Shown here piece after piece: positions 17,888-26,516 of a stretch of DNA of 27,768 nt. The first letter of the stretch is position 1; the number at the start of each line of letters is the position of its first letter. Below the pieces are notes generated by a model. The model searched no databases and was not told the origin of the DNA. It worked only from the letters and a program-made list of their open reading frames with translations. A program made the translations under genes and the position numbers. The stretch lies in assembly GCA_964385215.1 (NCBI GenBank), contig CAYLOF010000001.1, positions 1 through 27,768 on the forward strand, written 5' to 3'. The DNA comes from an uncultured Thermoplasmatales archaeon. GTDB taxonomy: Archaea > Thermoplasmatota > E2 > DHVEG-1.

Positions 17888-19516
17888 ATGAATAAAGCAA
17901 AAAAGGCAAAAATATTTATTGAGGCAGCTTTAGTGGTTGTTGTTACACTGGCTTTAATTATGCCAGCTTCAGCAGTAGTCACTAACAAAACAACGGATAA
18001 TTCAACATCCATTAAAATAGTTCCAACGAATACACCGATTTCAAATGCAGGATCATTAGCTGCAGGCAATATTTTAATAACGGCAGACAATCCTGATGAA
18101 GATGATCAAAACCCAAAGATACTAAAGGACGGTGGAGGAAACATCCTTGTTGTTTATGAAAAAGTTAAGGACACCTTCACCATCGCCAGTGAGTTAGTTT
18201 TTACAGACGATGATGGAGCTACATGGTATTTGGCATATGATTTTGATTCCACAAATTGGGACTCTGGTTCCGGTGAGCTTATATCAGGGGACATATCATA
18301 CAATCCAGCTATTGATAAAACTTTCTGGTGTGCAATAGATGCAATTGGCGATATGTACAATCTAAGAATGACTTGGTTGGAGGGAAATATTGTCAATGCT
18401 GGAGACGTTACGATATATGGTGTTTCTGGTACAGGTGCAACAGAACATTATGAGACATCATGTACTTGTGTGTCTGAATGGGCAATCACTCCATATATTT
18501 GCGATGAACCTGATTATGATCTTTATCGTTGCCCTGGCCTAGGATATTGGGATATCGATTTTGAGCATCCAGATATGGGTGGATTTTATTATGATGGAGG
18601 ATCAATCCTTGAAACCACTCCCGCAAGCAATATCGAGGCTGAAACTGGTGTAGAACGCATGTACATGGTAATGCAAGTTGATGATAAGATTGCTTTCAAG
18701 GCAACTACTACTGATCCGGAACTTCTTCAAACCAATGGCGGCGGACCTGGAGGAATGGACCAATATGCAGATATCGAATGCTGGCCATGGCAAAATTGGA
18801 TTGCAACAGAAAACGCAGAAGATCCTGATGTTTCAGGTGATGCTGGAAAAGTCTGTGTTGTCTATTCACAGGACGGAATGGTAAAATGTGCATATAGTAG
18901 CGATGTTGTAAAGGAATATGAAGAAGAAATTGAATTCCAAGTATCTGAGATAGATGCGGGGAGCTATCCAACTGTTTATATGTCTGGAAATGACGTATAC
19001 GTCGGATACGTAGAGAGTGGAAACCTTTACTTCATAAAATCTACTGACGGTGGAGCAACATGGGGCACTCCTGTACAAAAGAACGAAATAGATGGAACTG
19101 TTGTTGGACAATATGGTACTTGTCACATCGATTCTGTTGGTATTGTTTGGACTGACTCTAGAAACGGAAACTATGATGTTTATTATGATGTAACTCAATA
19201 CATCCCACAACCAAAAATAGACATTGAACAAATATCCGGTGGTTTAGGAGTTAGCGCAGTTGTAACAAACAATGGAGATGCTGATGCTACAAATGTAGAG
19301 TGGAGTATCACATTAGATGGTACAGTATTTCTTGGCGCTGAGAAAACTGACACAATTTCAAGCATTGCAGTTGGCGAATCCGTCCCAATTAAATCAGGAT
19401 TCCCATTAGGTTTTGGCCCTATAGATGTAACAATAACTGCACAAAGTGCTGAAGGACCATCTGATACAGAAACAGCAAGTGGAAAGTTACTTCTATTCTT
19501 TATAACTGGATTATGA
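17888..19516 (+). CDS. Secreted BNR/Asp-box propeller protein with shared C-terminal domain, paralogue B
   Basis: Signal peptide nearly identical to paralogue A; Asp-boxes TDDDGATW and STDGGATW; IVWTDSRNGNYDVYY; C-terminal domain 19211-19516. Confidence 0.8.
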   Translation: MNKAKKAKIFIEAALVVVVTLALIMPASAVVTNKTTDNSTSIKIVPTNTPISNAGSLAAGNILITADNPDEDDQNPKILKDGGGNILVVYEKVKDTFTIASELVFTDDDGATWYLAYDFDSTNWDSGSGELISGDISYNPAIDKTFWCAIDAIGDMYNLRMTWLEGNIVNAGDVTIYGVSGTGATEHYETSCTCVSEWAITPYICDEPDYDLYRCPGLGYWDIDFEHPDMGGFYYDGGSILETTPASNIEAETGVERMYMVMQVDDKIAFKATTTDPELLQTNGGGPGGMDQYADIECWPWQNWIATENAEDPDVSGDAGKVCVVYSQDGMVKCAYSSDVVKEYEEEIEFQVSEIDAGSYPTVYMSGNDVYVGYVESGNLYFIKSTDGGATWGTPVQKNEIDGTVVGQYGTCHIDSVGIVWTDSRNGNYDVYYDVTQYIPQPKIDIEQISGGLGVSAVVTNNGDADATNVEWSITLDGTVFLGAEKTDTISSIAVGESVPIKSGFPLGFGPIDVTITAQSAEGPSDTETASGKLLLFFITGL

Positions 19517-19532
19517 TTAGAATAGATAAAAC

Positions 19533-19565
19533 TACCCACCTCTCTTCTTTTTTTATTTTCTTTTT
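19533..19565 (+). terminator. Oligo-T terminator of paralogue B
   Basis: Same acccacctctcttc + T-run as paralogue A. Confidence 0.6.
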
Positions 19566-19742
19566 TAATAAATTTATTTAATAAAATTCTGTTATTATTT
19601 TATATTGCTTATATTAAACAAAACATTTAAGTAATGGAAAATAGATATCTTCCATAACATTGGAGGAAAAAAGTTATAGATTGTAAAGTGAAGAAAAATA
19701 TGAGTATTTGTTAGATACATACAGACAAAATTGGTGAAAAAT

Positions 19743-21320
19743 ATGAAGAAAAAAAATATTGGAATATATGCAATAACATTGATTATTGCAGGGCTGATGA
19801 TTGCAGTTTCTGCTACTGCTATAGTGCAGAAACCAAACGAGGAAAAAAGATACATTAACTGGAATAGAACTGAGGCTTGTATATCTGGAGTAGAAATGAC
19901 AGAAATAATGCCTGCAAAAGAACTCAAACATGCACCAGGACAACTTAGTGCTGATCCATTGTATAATGGCGCCTATCCAGATGTTGCAAGTGGAGGATCT
20001 AACATTTGTCTCGGTTTTGATAGTTTAGAGACTCCAGGTACAGCATTTACATTCTCACAAGACGGCGGTGCATCCTGGCATGAAAGTGCATATGGTTGGG
20101 AATTAGGAGAATCAATGTGGCCCTCAGTTGACTTTTCAGCAGGTAATCGATTCTATGGAACAGTTTCCCCAGATTGGTCAACAAATGGTTATGTGACTCA
20201 ATGTGATTTTGTGGATATAACTGACCCAGAAACATGGGTTGCTGGTACTTGGGACTGGTCATCATATGATATGATGGAGTTTGAAGGAATATCTATTGCA
20301 GCAATGGATGATAGCCTAGAAGAATGGAGATGGGGATTCATCACAATGTCGGGCTACAATGGATATAACGACCCCGCTGCAGATGGTTGTCCATATGTGA
20401 TGTATGCAACTGATGATGGCTATGCTACAATTAGCTGGCTAATAGATAGTGACTCAGGAGATATCCTTGGTGGCTGTGAAAATGCAGCTAGTGAAATAGA
20501 TCCAGTTCGCTACCATAATTATGCAATATGGGAACGATATAATGATGACGAGGAAAGTTACAACTTAGAATTCCGTAAGGATGATTCTGCTGCAGAAGCA
20601 GGTGAAAGCGGATTTGTTACAGCAGGAGAACTAGTAACCTCTGAAAATAGCCGTTATCCTGATATTAGCGCCTATGATAGCAATGTCATTATTGTTTCAG
20701 AAGCAGATGGAGATATAGTCTGCTATTATTCTAATAATGGACTGAACAATTTCGATGCAATTTTTGTAGCATCCACAACAGATGACGAAACATTTCCGAG
20801 GATAACCCATACAGGAGAAGATGAAGCAATTTGCACCTTTATTAAAAATGAAAATATCTACTACTCCATGACAGATGATGGAGGAGCTACATGGGACGAA
20901 CCTACAATGATTAATGATGTAGAAGGACAAGTAACAGAAGATTACCTTTCATCAGGCGTCTGTGAATTGGGTGCATGTTTCGGCGGCAATGATGATATAG
21001 TTTATTATGGGGCAGTAGGGGCCAAACCTATTATTACAATTGAAGGGTTTACTGGCGGTCTTGGTGCAACTGCAACCATAAAGAACGTAGGGACTGCTGA
21101 TGCAACAAATGTGGAATGCTCCATAACTGTGACAGGCGGAATTTTAGGGATGGTAAACAAAACAGTCACTGAAACAATATCAGGTATTGCAGTAGACGAA
21201 GAGGTAACCATAAGTACAGGAATCTTTTTGGGACTTGGTGCAATAGAAATAACCGCTACCGCAGGATCGTCAAGTGATTCCACAACAGGTACACAGATAC
21301 TGATCTATACAATGCTATAA
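19743..21320 (+). CDS. Secreted BNR/Asp-box propeller protein with divergent shared C-terminal domain, paralogue C
   Basis: GGTGA RBS before ATG 19743 (ORF track starts at GTG 19731); signal peptide ending SATA; SQDGGASW and TDDGGATW Asp-boxes; C-terminal domain 21027-21320 ending QILIYTML. Confidence 0.8.
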   Translation: MKKKNIGIYAITLIIAGLMIAVSATAIVQKPNEEKRYINWNRTEACISGVEMTEIMPAKELKHAPGQLSADPLYNGAYPDVASGGSNICLGFDSLETPGTAFTFSQDGGASWHESAYGWELGESMWPSVDFSAGNRFYGTVSPDWSTNGYVTQCDFVDITDPETWVAGTWDWSSYDMMEFEGISIAAMDDSLEEWRWGFITMSGYNGYNDPAADGCPYVMYATDDGYATISWLIDSDSGDILGGCENAASEIDPVRYHNYAIWERYNDDEESYNLEFRKDDSAAEAGESGFVTAGELVTSENSRYPDISAYDSNVIIVSEADGDIVCYYSNNGLNNFDAIFVASTTDDETFPRITHTGEDEAICTFIKNENIYYSMTDDGGATWDEPTMINDVEGQVTEDYLSSGVCELGACFGGNDDIVYYGAVGAKPIITIEGFTGGLGATATIKNVGTADATNVECSITVTGGILGMVNKTVTETISGIAVDEEVTISTGIFLGLGAIEITATAGSSSDSTTGTQILIYTML

Positions 21321-21332
21321 ATCGGTAAGCAA

Positions 21333-21363
21333 CTCCTCTCTTCCTTTTTTTCTTTTTTATTTC
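21333..21363 (+). terminator. Oligo-T terminator of paralogue C
   Basis: actcctctcttcc followed by T7, c, T6; same cctctcttc core as A and B. Confidence 0.55.
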
Positions 21364-21504
21364 TGCTAGATCATCCTTATTGTTTTTCAATAATTTGTAT
21401 CTATGTAATTGCTAGGATTAGATATAAGTGATAAATGCTGCAAACTAGTTTCTTGAACGGAAGCAATTGCTAAATGTTCTAGTTCAAACCCTTGAAACAG
21501 ATGT

Positions 21505-23091
21505 TTACCAAGGCCAAAGATGATGCCAAGATCCTTGCAAATATAGTTCAATGGAAATTGATGTAAATTCAATTTCACCAGTTGTCTCTAAATTCCAGTC
21601 AACAGGAGGCCAGACCGTCCAATCAAGACGAAAATCTTCGGCTTTGAACATTTCAGATACCGTTCTTATTCCAAGGTCCTCTCCCTGTATCAAAAGGTCA
21701 ATTTCATTCAATGGCTGCCAGTTTGTATCGTATTCTAAATATCCTGTAATATTGGTGTACCATGAAATTGAGATGTCCTCAGCTGCTGGCATAGCGTTAA
21801 GTTTTGCTACCCACTCGCCGATATAAAACTCAATATCAATGTTAAATGATGGATTCTTTTTTACAACAAATTCGCCCGGATTCGTCAGATTCCATTGAGC
21901 AGTCATATCGATATCTTCAAGATTACGTATGGTTAGGTTAACAGTTGGGTTTGTTAAAGAATCTTTGAGGATAAAATCAGTCCCATCGGAATCTACAACA
22001 ATGGAATATGAGCCATTTTCTCGTGTTGGTGTCCATTCAGCATTGATTTTTCGTGGAGTATTTTTAATAGTAGCATATTTACATACTCCCATTTCAGTTG
22101 ATGTAACAAGCACCTCAACATCATACATTTCATCACTTTCATACAGAAAGCTACCACCTCCATCGATCAAAGGTGTTAGCGCAAGAGAAAAGGATAGTTC
22201 CTTAGGAATTTCATCAATTGTAAAGACTGTTTCTTTTTCCTCTTCATCCTTTATTCTTGTAAAATTAACAGTGATTTTCGCATCAGTAGACGATTCTCGA
22301 ATAAATTGATATTTCCATTCACCTTGATTTCGTGTTGAAGAGATAGTCATTTGTGTTTCTATGGCGGGTTCAAAATCAAAAGAAAAAATCTTCTCAGTGT
22401 CTTCACTGGTATGTTTCGCATAGAATACAATTTGTTTGCCTTCTCTTCCAGTTAAATATTCTGGGTTCACATAAAATTTCAATCCATTTGTCTGTTCAGT
22501 GGGATTGAAAAATAACATACAGGATATTCGTATGGAGTTAGGAATTTCGTTTCCTTCATTAGATGGAGACCAATATCCCATCTCTAGGTTATTGTTTCCA
22601 AAATCCATAGTAAACTTGAAGTTTTTATCTTTTATTTCTTCACCAATTCGCTCTATATTTACAGTGAAAAGAAGACCAAAAATAAGATTTGGATCTGGCA
22701 ATATATATGGAAGTATCAGGAACTGTACCCGGATATCAGCACCATTAATTCCTGTGTTTTCATTATCATCAACATCAATGTCATTAAAAAATCCAAAATA
22801 TACTTCCTTTGTTTTTTCTACATCATTACATGTTGTATGTATGACACTGGTAAAAATCCCACTTTGCTTAAGATTTTTGCCATACCCTCTATAAATATTT
22901 TTTATGTTATCTCTAAAATTAAAAGATTGTTTCATTTTTTCAGAGAATTTTCCATCAGCATTTTCTAATAATTTTTTAGTATACGGCTCATGATGTCCGA
23001 TGCTTGCCATTCCAGATGGTAGTATGGTCCCAATCAAAAAAAACACAACCAAAATGACCAATATGTTTTCCAATATTTTGTTTTTCTTCAT
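21505..23091 (-). CDS. Secreted beta-rich hypothetical protein with ~45-58-aa internal repeats
   Basis: GAGGTGA RBS; signal peptide; DIDVDDNENTG acidic motif; recurring TIxN/ExPxxIxxxW units; Trp-rich end WHHLWPW. Confidence 0.75.
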   Translation of the reverse strand: MKKNKILENILVILVVFFLIGTILPSGMASIGHHEPYTKKLLENADGKFSEKMKQSFNFRDNIKNIYRGYGKNLKQSGIFTSVIHTTCNDVEKTKEVYFGFFNDIDVDDNENTGINGADIRVQFLILPYILPDPNLIFGLLFTVNIERIGEEIKDKNFKFTMDFGNNNLEMGYWSPSNEGNEIPNSIRISCMLFFNPTEQTNGLKFYVNPEYLTGREGKQIVFYAKHTSEDTEKIFSFDFEPAIETQMTISSTRNQGEWKYQFIRESSTDAKITVNFTRIKDEEEKETVFTIDEIPKELSFSLALTPLIDGGGSFLYESDEMYDVEVLVTSTEMGVCKYATIKNTPRKINAEWTPTRENGSYSIVVDSDGTDFILKDSLTNPTVNLTIRNLEDIDMTAQWNLTNPGEFVVKKNPSFNIDIEFYIGEWVAKLNAMPAAEDISISWYTNITGYLEYDTNWQPLNEIDLLIQGEDLGIRTVSEMFKAEDFRLDWTVWPPVDWNLETTGEIEFTSISIELYLQGSWHHLWPW

Positions 23092-23220
23092 TTAAACGTC
23101 ACCTCTTAACTCGCTATATATTTATTACATTATATATCTTTGTTGCTAATATTATATAGCATTTCCGTTAATTTCCAACAACTTTGGCCAAATATTTTGA
23201 AAAATCCATCATAAAAGCGA

Positions 23221-24450
23221 CTATTTTGATAAACTACCCCACGTTTTCTTTAGCATGAAGGCAAGAACCAACGCACATAGGGCGATACTCAGTCCGAACC
23301 CATATGTTTTACCCACTTTGGCATTTGTTTTGAAGAAACCTAAAGGATACAAATCTATGCTTTCCCCATTAGGTAATATGCCCTCATACGGCACGTCTCC
23401 AATACCGTCACCATCTGCATCTGTTCCGTTATAATCGCTCCAATAATTGCCAATTTTGTTTTTATACCATTGATTGTCAAAAGTATCATATGCACTTTTA
23501 TTGTTTAATGAAAAGTTATTTAGATAAAGCGTATTAAAATAAGATTTACAGCATATCCAACAGCCAAACATTTTGCTCGAATGTATTGCATTTTCAAAGA
23601 CCATGTTGTCATTGGAGTGTATAATGTAAATCCCATAATCGTTATTTCCTACAAAATTTTCGGTAACAGTATTATTTGACGCATAGTTTAAACGTATCCC
23701 AAAGATGCTATTAGAAACACTAGTATTTATGATTGAACAAGTTGAAGAGTACCCAAGCACAATGCCTTGATCTGCATTTGATATGGTTATATCTTGTATT
23801 GTAAGGTTAGTACAGTTTGATATGATTACTTGGCCAGGCTCATCAGGTGAAATTGTTTTGTTAACCATGTTTTTGTAGAAGTAAAGCTTTTTTCCATTTA
23901 CTGTGTTGTTTTTGATAATATGGGTATTCCAACCAGTAATGTTGCCTACGATGTTTATTCCGTCATTTATAAATGTATTATTCTCAAAAACATTGTTTGA
24001 TGAATGGTATAAATAGATGCCCCAATCGCTGTTGTTTTCAATGATATTATCTGTTATTGCATTGTTGTCCGATTCAATATTTATGCCAGAATAACCCTTG
24101 CCCTTAGAATTTCTTACAGTAAATCTCTTAAAAGTACATCCATCTGCTGTTATAGACACAGTTTCGCCACTTTCATTGTATTCTATTATTGTAGATGATT
24201 TTTCTTCCCCGATGAGATGTACTGTTTTATATAGTCTAATGCTCTCACGATAGATACCATTAGAAACATATATGATGTCACCTTGTTGTGCATTATTTAT
24301 GGCGTCCTGTATGGACAGAAATTTTCCATCTGTCTCTCCTCCTACGTATATGGCATTTTTATCTGCAGCCAAACAATTATTAGCGGGAATTAAAAAGAGC
24401 ATAAGTAACAAAAGTGTAATTGATATTTCAATGAATTTTTTGTTATTCAT
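23221..24450 (-). CDS. Secreted beta-helix (NosD/CASH-like) protein with a PGF-CTERM-like membrane anchor
   Basis: Signal peptide; SIQDAINNAQQGDIIYVSNGIYRE cap; coils; GNYWSDY.GTDADGDGIGDVPY; tail KTYGF + hydrophobic helix + KK. Confidence 0.85.
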   Translation of the reverse strand: MNNKKFIEISITLLLLMLFLIPANNCLAADKNAIYVGGETDGKFLSIQDAINNAQQGDIIYVSNGIYRESIRLYKTVHLIGEEKSSTIIEYNESGETVSITADGCTFKRFTVRNSKGKGYSGINIESDNNAITDNIIENNSDWGIYLYHSSNNVFENNTFINDGINIVGNITGWNTHIIKNNTVNGKKLYFYKNMVNKTISPDEPGQVIISNCTNLTIQDITISNADQGIVLGYSSTCSIINTSVSNSIFGIRLNYASNNTVTENFVGNNDYGIYIIHSNDNMVFENAIHSSKMFGCWICCKSYFNTLYLNNFSLNNKSAYDTFDNQWYKNKIGNYWSDYNGTDADGDGIGDVPYEGILPNGESIDLYPLGFFKTNAKVGKTYGFGLSIALCALVLAFMLKKTWGSLSK

Positions 24451-24556
24451 AAAGTTAAGTCGTATGAAAAGATTGGCATTTTATAAGTTTTACCTAAAAG
24501 GAACGTGTAGATCTTTACTTCTCACATTAAGTTTCTTAATTCCAAGTAGATAGGTA

Positions 24557-24571
24557 GGAAATATTTATATA
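24557..24571 (+). promoter_or_regulatory. BRE/TATA-like promoter for the C25 peptidase operon
   Basis: GGAAATATTTATATA about 46 nt upstream of ATG 24617; AAGGGGC RBS. Confidence 0.5.
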
Positions 24572-24616
24572 GCCACAAAGTATATATTATTATACTATAC
24601 ATAAGGGGCATAAATC

Positions 24617-26515
24617 ATGAAAGAAACTTTGCCAATACTAATAGTAGGAATTTTAATTATAAGTGGACTTGGAGCAGTTGCTATACCAGATAGTGAACCA
24701 GAAGTGTTTGTAAAAGCAGATACAATATCTCTTTCAGAGCCAGTTTTTGAAGTGAGTGGAGAATATCTATCTGTAGATTTTGAAGAATCGACATCTATGC
24801 TTTTGGATGAGGGAAAACCTGTGATACCGTCCGTGTCTAAGACATTTGTCTTTCCTCTTGGAACAAAAATTGTTAATACAGATATTAGCTCTGATATTAA
24901 GGAGTATGATCTTTCCATGAAGATCCAACCTTCACCAAAACCTGTTCCATCGGCCAGTAATCTTTTGTCAAAGATGTCGGTAGAAGTGATTCCAGATGAA
25001 TTGGTGTATTCAAGCGAAGATATGTATCCTTCTGAATTTTATTCCATAAAAATGGGGGCAGGATTAAAGGATAAAGAACATGTTCTTTATTTTACAGTTA
25101 AATGTTATGCTCAATATTCTCCAGCAACAGATGTACTAATCATTCCAGAAAATATTGAGATTAAGATTGAATACAATCTACCAAAAACTTCTCTCCTAAC
25201 TGCTGATGAATATGATATGCTTATCATTACTGACAAGAAGTTTGAATCACAGCTACAACCATTGGTGAATCACAAAAACAACATTGGTGTAAAAACAATA
25301 CTTGAAACAACTGATAAGATTTACTCAAACTATAATGGCCGTGACGATCCTGAAGATATTAAATTACGTATTAAGGATGCCATCGAAGAATGGGGCATTG
25401 AATATGTGCTCCTTGCAGGCGGTCGCAAAGGCCAAACATTTGAGTGGTACGTGCCCGACCGAAGAACAAATCTTGACGATGCATCAGGCTATGAAACGGG
25501 TTATTCCAGTGATTTATATTATGCAGATATTTACAAATATGATGGTAGTTTTGACGATTGGGACTCCAATGGTAACGGTGTGTTTGCCGAATTTTCTTCT
25601 TTTGGCGTTAATAAAGATATCATTGATTACTATCCTGATGTTTATGTTGGAAGGATACCTCTCCGATATTCGTGGGAAGCAGATATTGCCGTGAATAAAA
25701 TTTTAACCTATGAAAATTCAGCTGATGACTCATGGTTTAAAAATGCATATGTGGTATCTGGAGACACTTCTCCTCCTGCTCGAGGAAACGTTGAAGAGGG
25801 AGTCTATGAAGGTGAGCTTTCTACGGCTATCACTGTAGATCTGTTAGAAGATATCGGCTTTAATGTAGAGAAACTTTGGACTTCTGGAACATGGGATTGT
25901 AAAGAGGATGTTACTAATGCAATAAGTTCTGGTTCTGGATTTATTCATTTTGCTGGACATGGGAATCCTTCAAGTTGGGTTAATTTCCTTCCTGATGCTC
26001 AGACTGAAGAGGAGAAGGTCGATGGTTTTGGACTATCAGATATGAGAAAATATTCAAATGGCAATAAACTTCCGATTGTCATTGTTGGTGGTTGTCATAA
26101 TGCTCAATTCAATGTAACAATGCAATTTCTATTAGAAGGTCTTCTTGAACATGGAATGGAGTATCTTAATTATGAATTTTGGTTTATGGAATGGGTACCA
26201 TCTGACACCTGCTCTTGGTTCATGTTAGAAGGCGGCGGCGGAGCTATTGCTTCAATTGGGAACACTGGTCTTGGTTACGGATATGTCAACGAATTTTGCA
26301 CTGAGGGTCTTGGGGGTTGGATCAATCCGCGATTCTTCCATGCATATGCTAGTCAAAACAAAGAGGTTCTTGGAGAAGCACATAGTCAGGCAATTGTAGA
26401 TTATCTTAACATTGTGTTTGGAGAAGTAGCACCTGGAAATATGGATGTGGATAGAAAAACTATCGAAGAATGGGAACTCTTAGGTGATCCTAGCTTGAAG
26501 ATTGGAGGTATATAA
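24617..26515 (+). CDS. Secreted peptidase family C25 (gingipain-like) cysteine peptidase with propeptide
   Basis: Signal peptide; GKPVIP propeptide; YDMLIIT...LVNHK...GV; YVLLAG; SDLYYAD; DVYVGRIP; FAGHG (His448); VGGCHNAQF (Cys493); GAIASIG; W.LLGDPSLKI. Confidence 0.9.
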   Translation: MKETLPILIVGILIISGLGAVAIPDSEPEVFVKADTISLSEPVFEVSGEYLSVDFEESTSMLLDEGKPVIPSVSKTFVFPLGTKIVNTDISSDIKEYDLSMKIQPSPKPVPSASNLLSKMSVEVIPDELVYSSEDMYPSEFYSIKMGAGLKDKEHVLYFTVKCYAQYSPATDVLIIPENIEIKIEYNLPKTSLLTADEYDMLIITDKKFESQLQPLVNHKNNIGVKTILETTDKIYSNYNGRDDPEDIKLRIKDAIEEWGIEYVLLAGGRKGQTFEWYVPDRRTNLDDASGYETGYSSDLYYADIYKYDGSFDDWDSNGNGVFAEFSSFGVNKDIIDYYPDVYVGRIPLRYSWEADIAVNKILTYENSADDSWFKNAYVVSGDTSPPARGNVEEGVYEGELSTAITVDLLEDIGFNVEKLWTSGTWDCKEDVTNAISSGSGFIHFAGHGNPSSWVNFLPDAQTEEEKVDGFGLSDMRKYSNGNKLPIVIVGGCHNAQFNVTMQFLLEGLLEHGMEYLNYEFWFMEWVPSDTCSWFMLEGGGGAIASIGNTGLGYGYVNEFCTEGLGGWINPRFFHAYASQNKEVLGEAHSQAIVDYLNIVFGEVAPGNMDVDRKTIEEWELLGDPSLKIGGI

Positions 26516-26516
26516 A

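Noticed and set aside
17491-19554. Diversity-generating retroelement (template/variable repeat pair)
   Set aside because: Mismatches are mostly C/T transitions at synonymous sites rather than adenine-specific, both copies lie in intact genes, and no reverse transcriptase is present
16118-21320. Calling the propeller proteins sialidases
   Set aside because: Asp-boxes are present, but I could not find the RIP/FRIP motif or the arginine triad, and the proteins are Arg-poor and very acidic
3946-24450. Calling the beta-helix genes nosD or pectate lyases
   Set aside because: Only the generic fold is supported; there is no nos cluster context and no diagnostic catalytic residues were identified
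24617-26515. Assigning rgpA/kgp/porU gene symbols
   Set aside because: The C25 family is clear, but orthology and specificity cannot be determined from sequence reading alone
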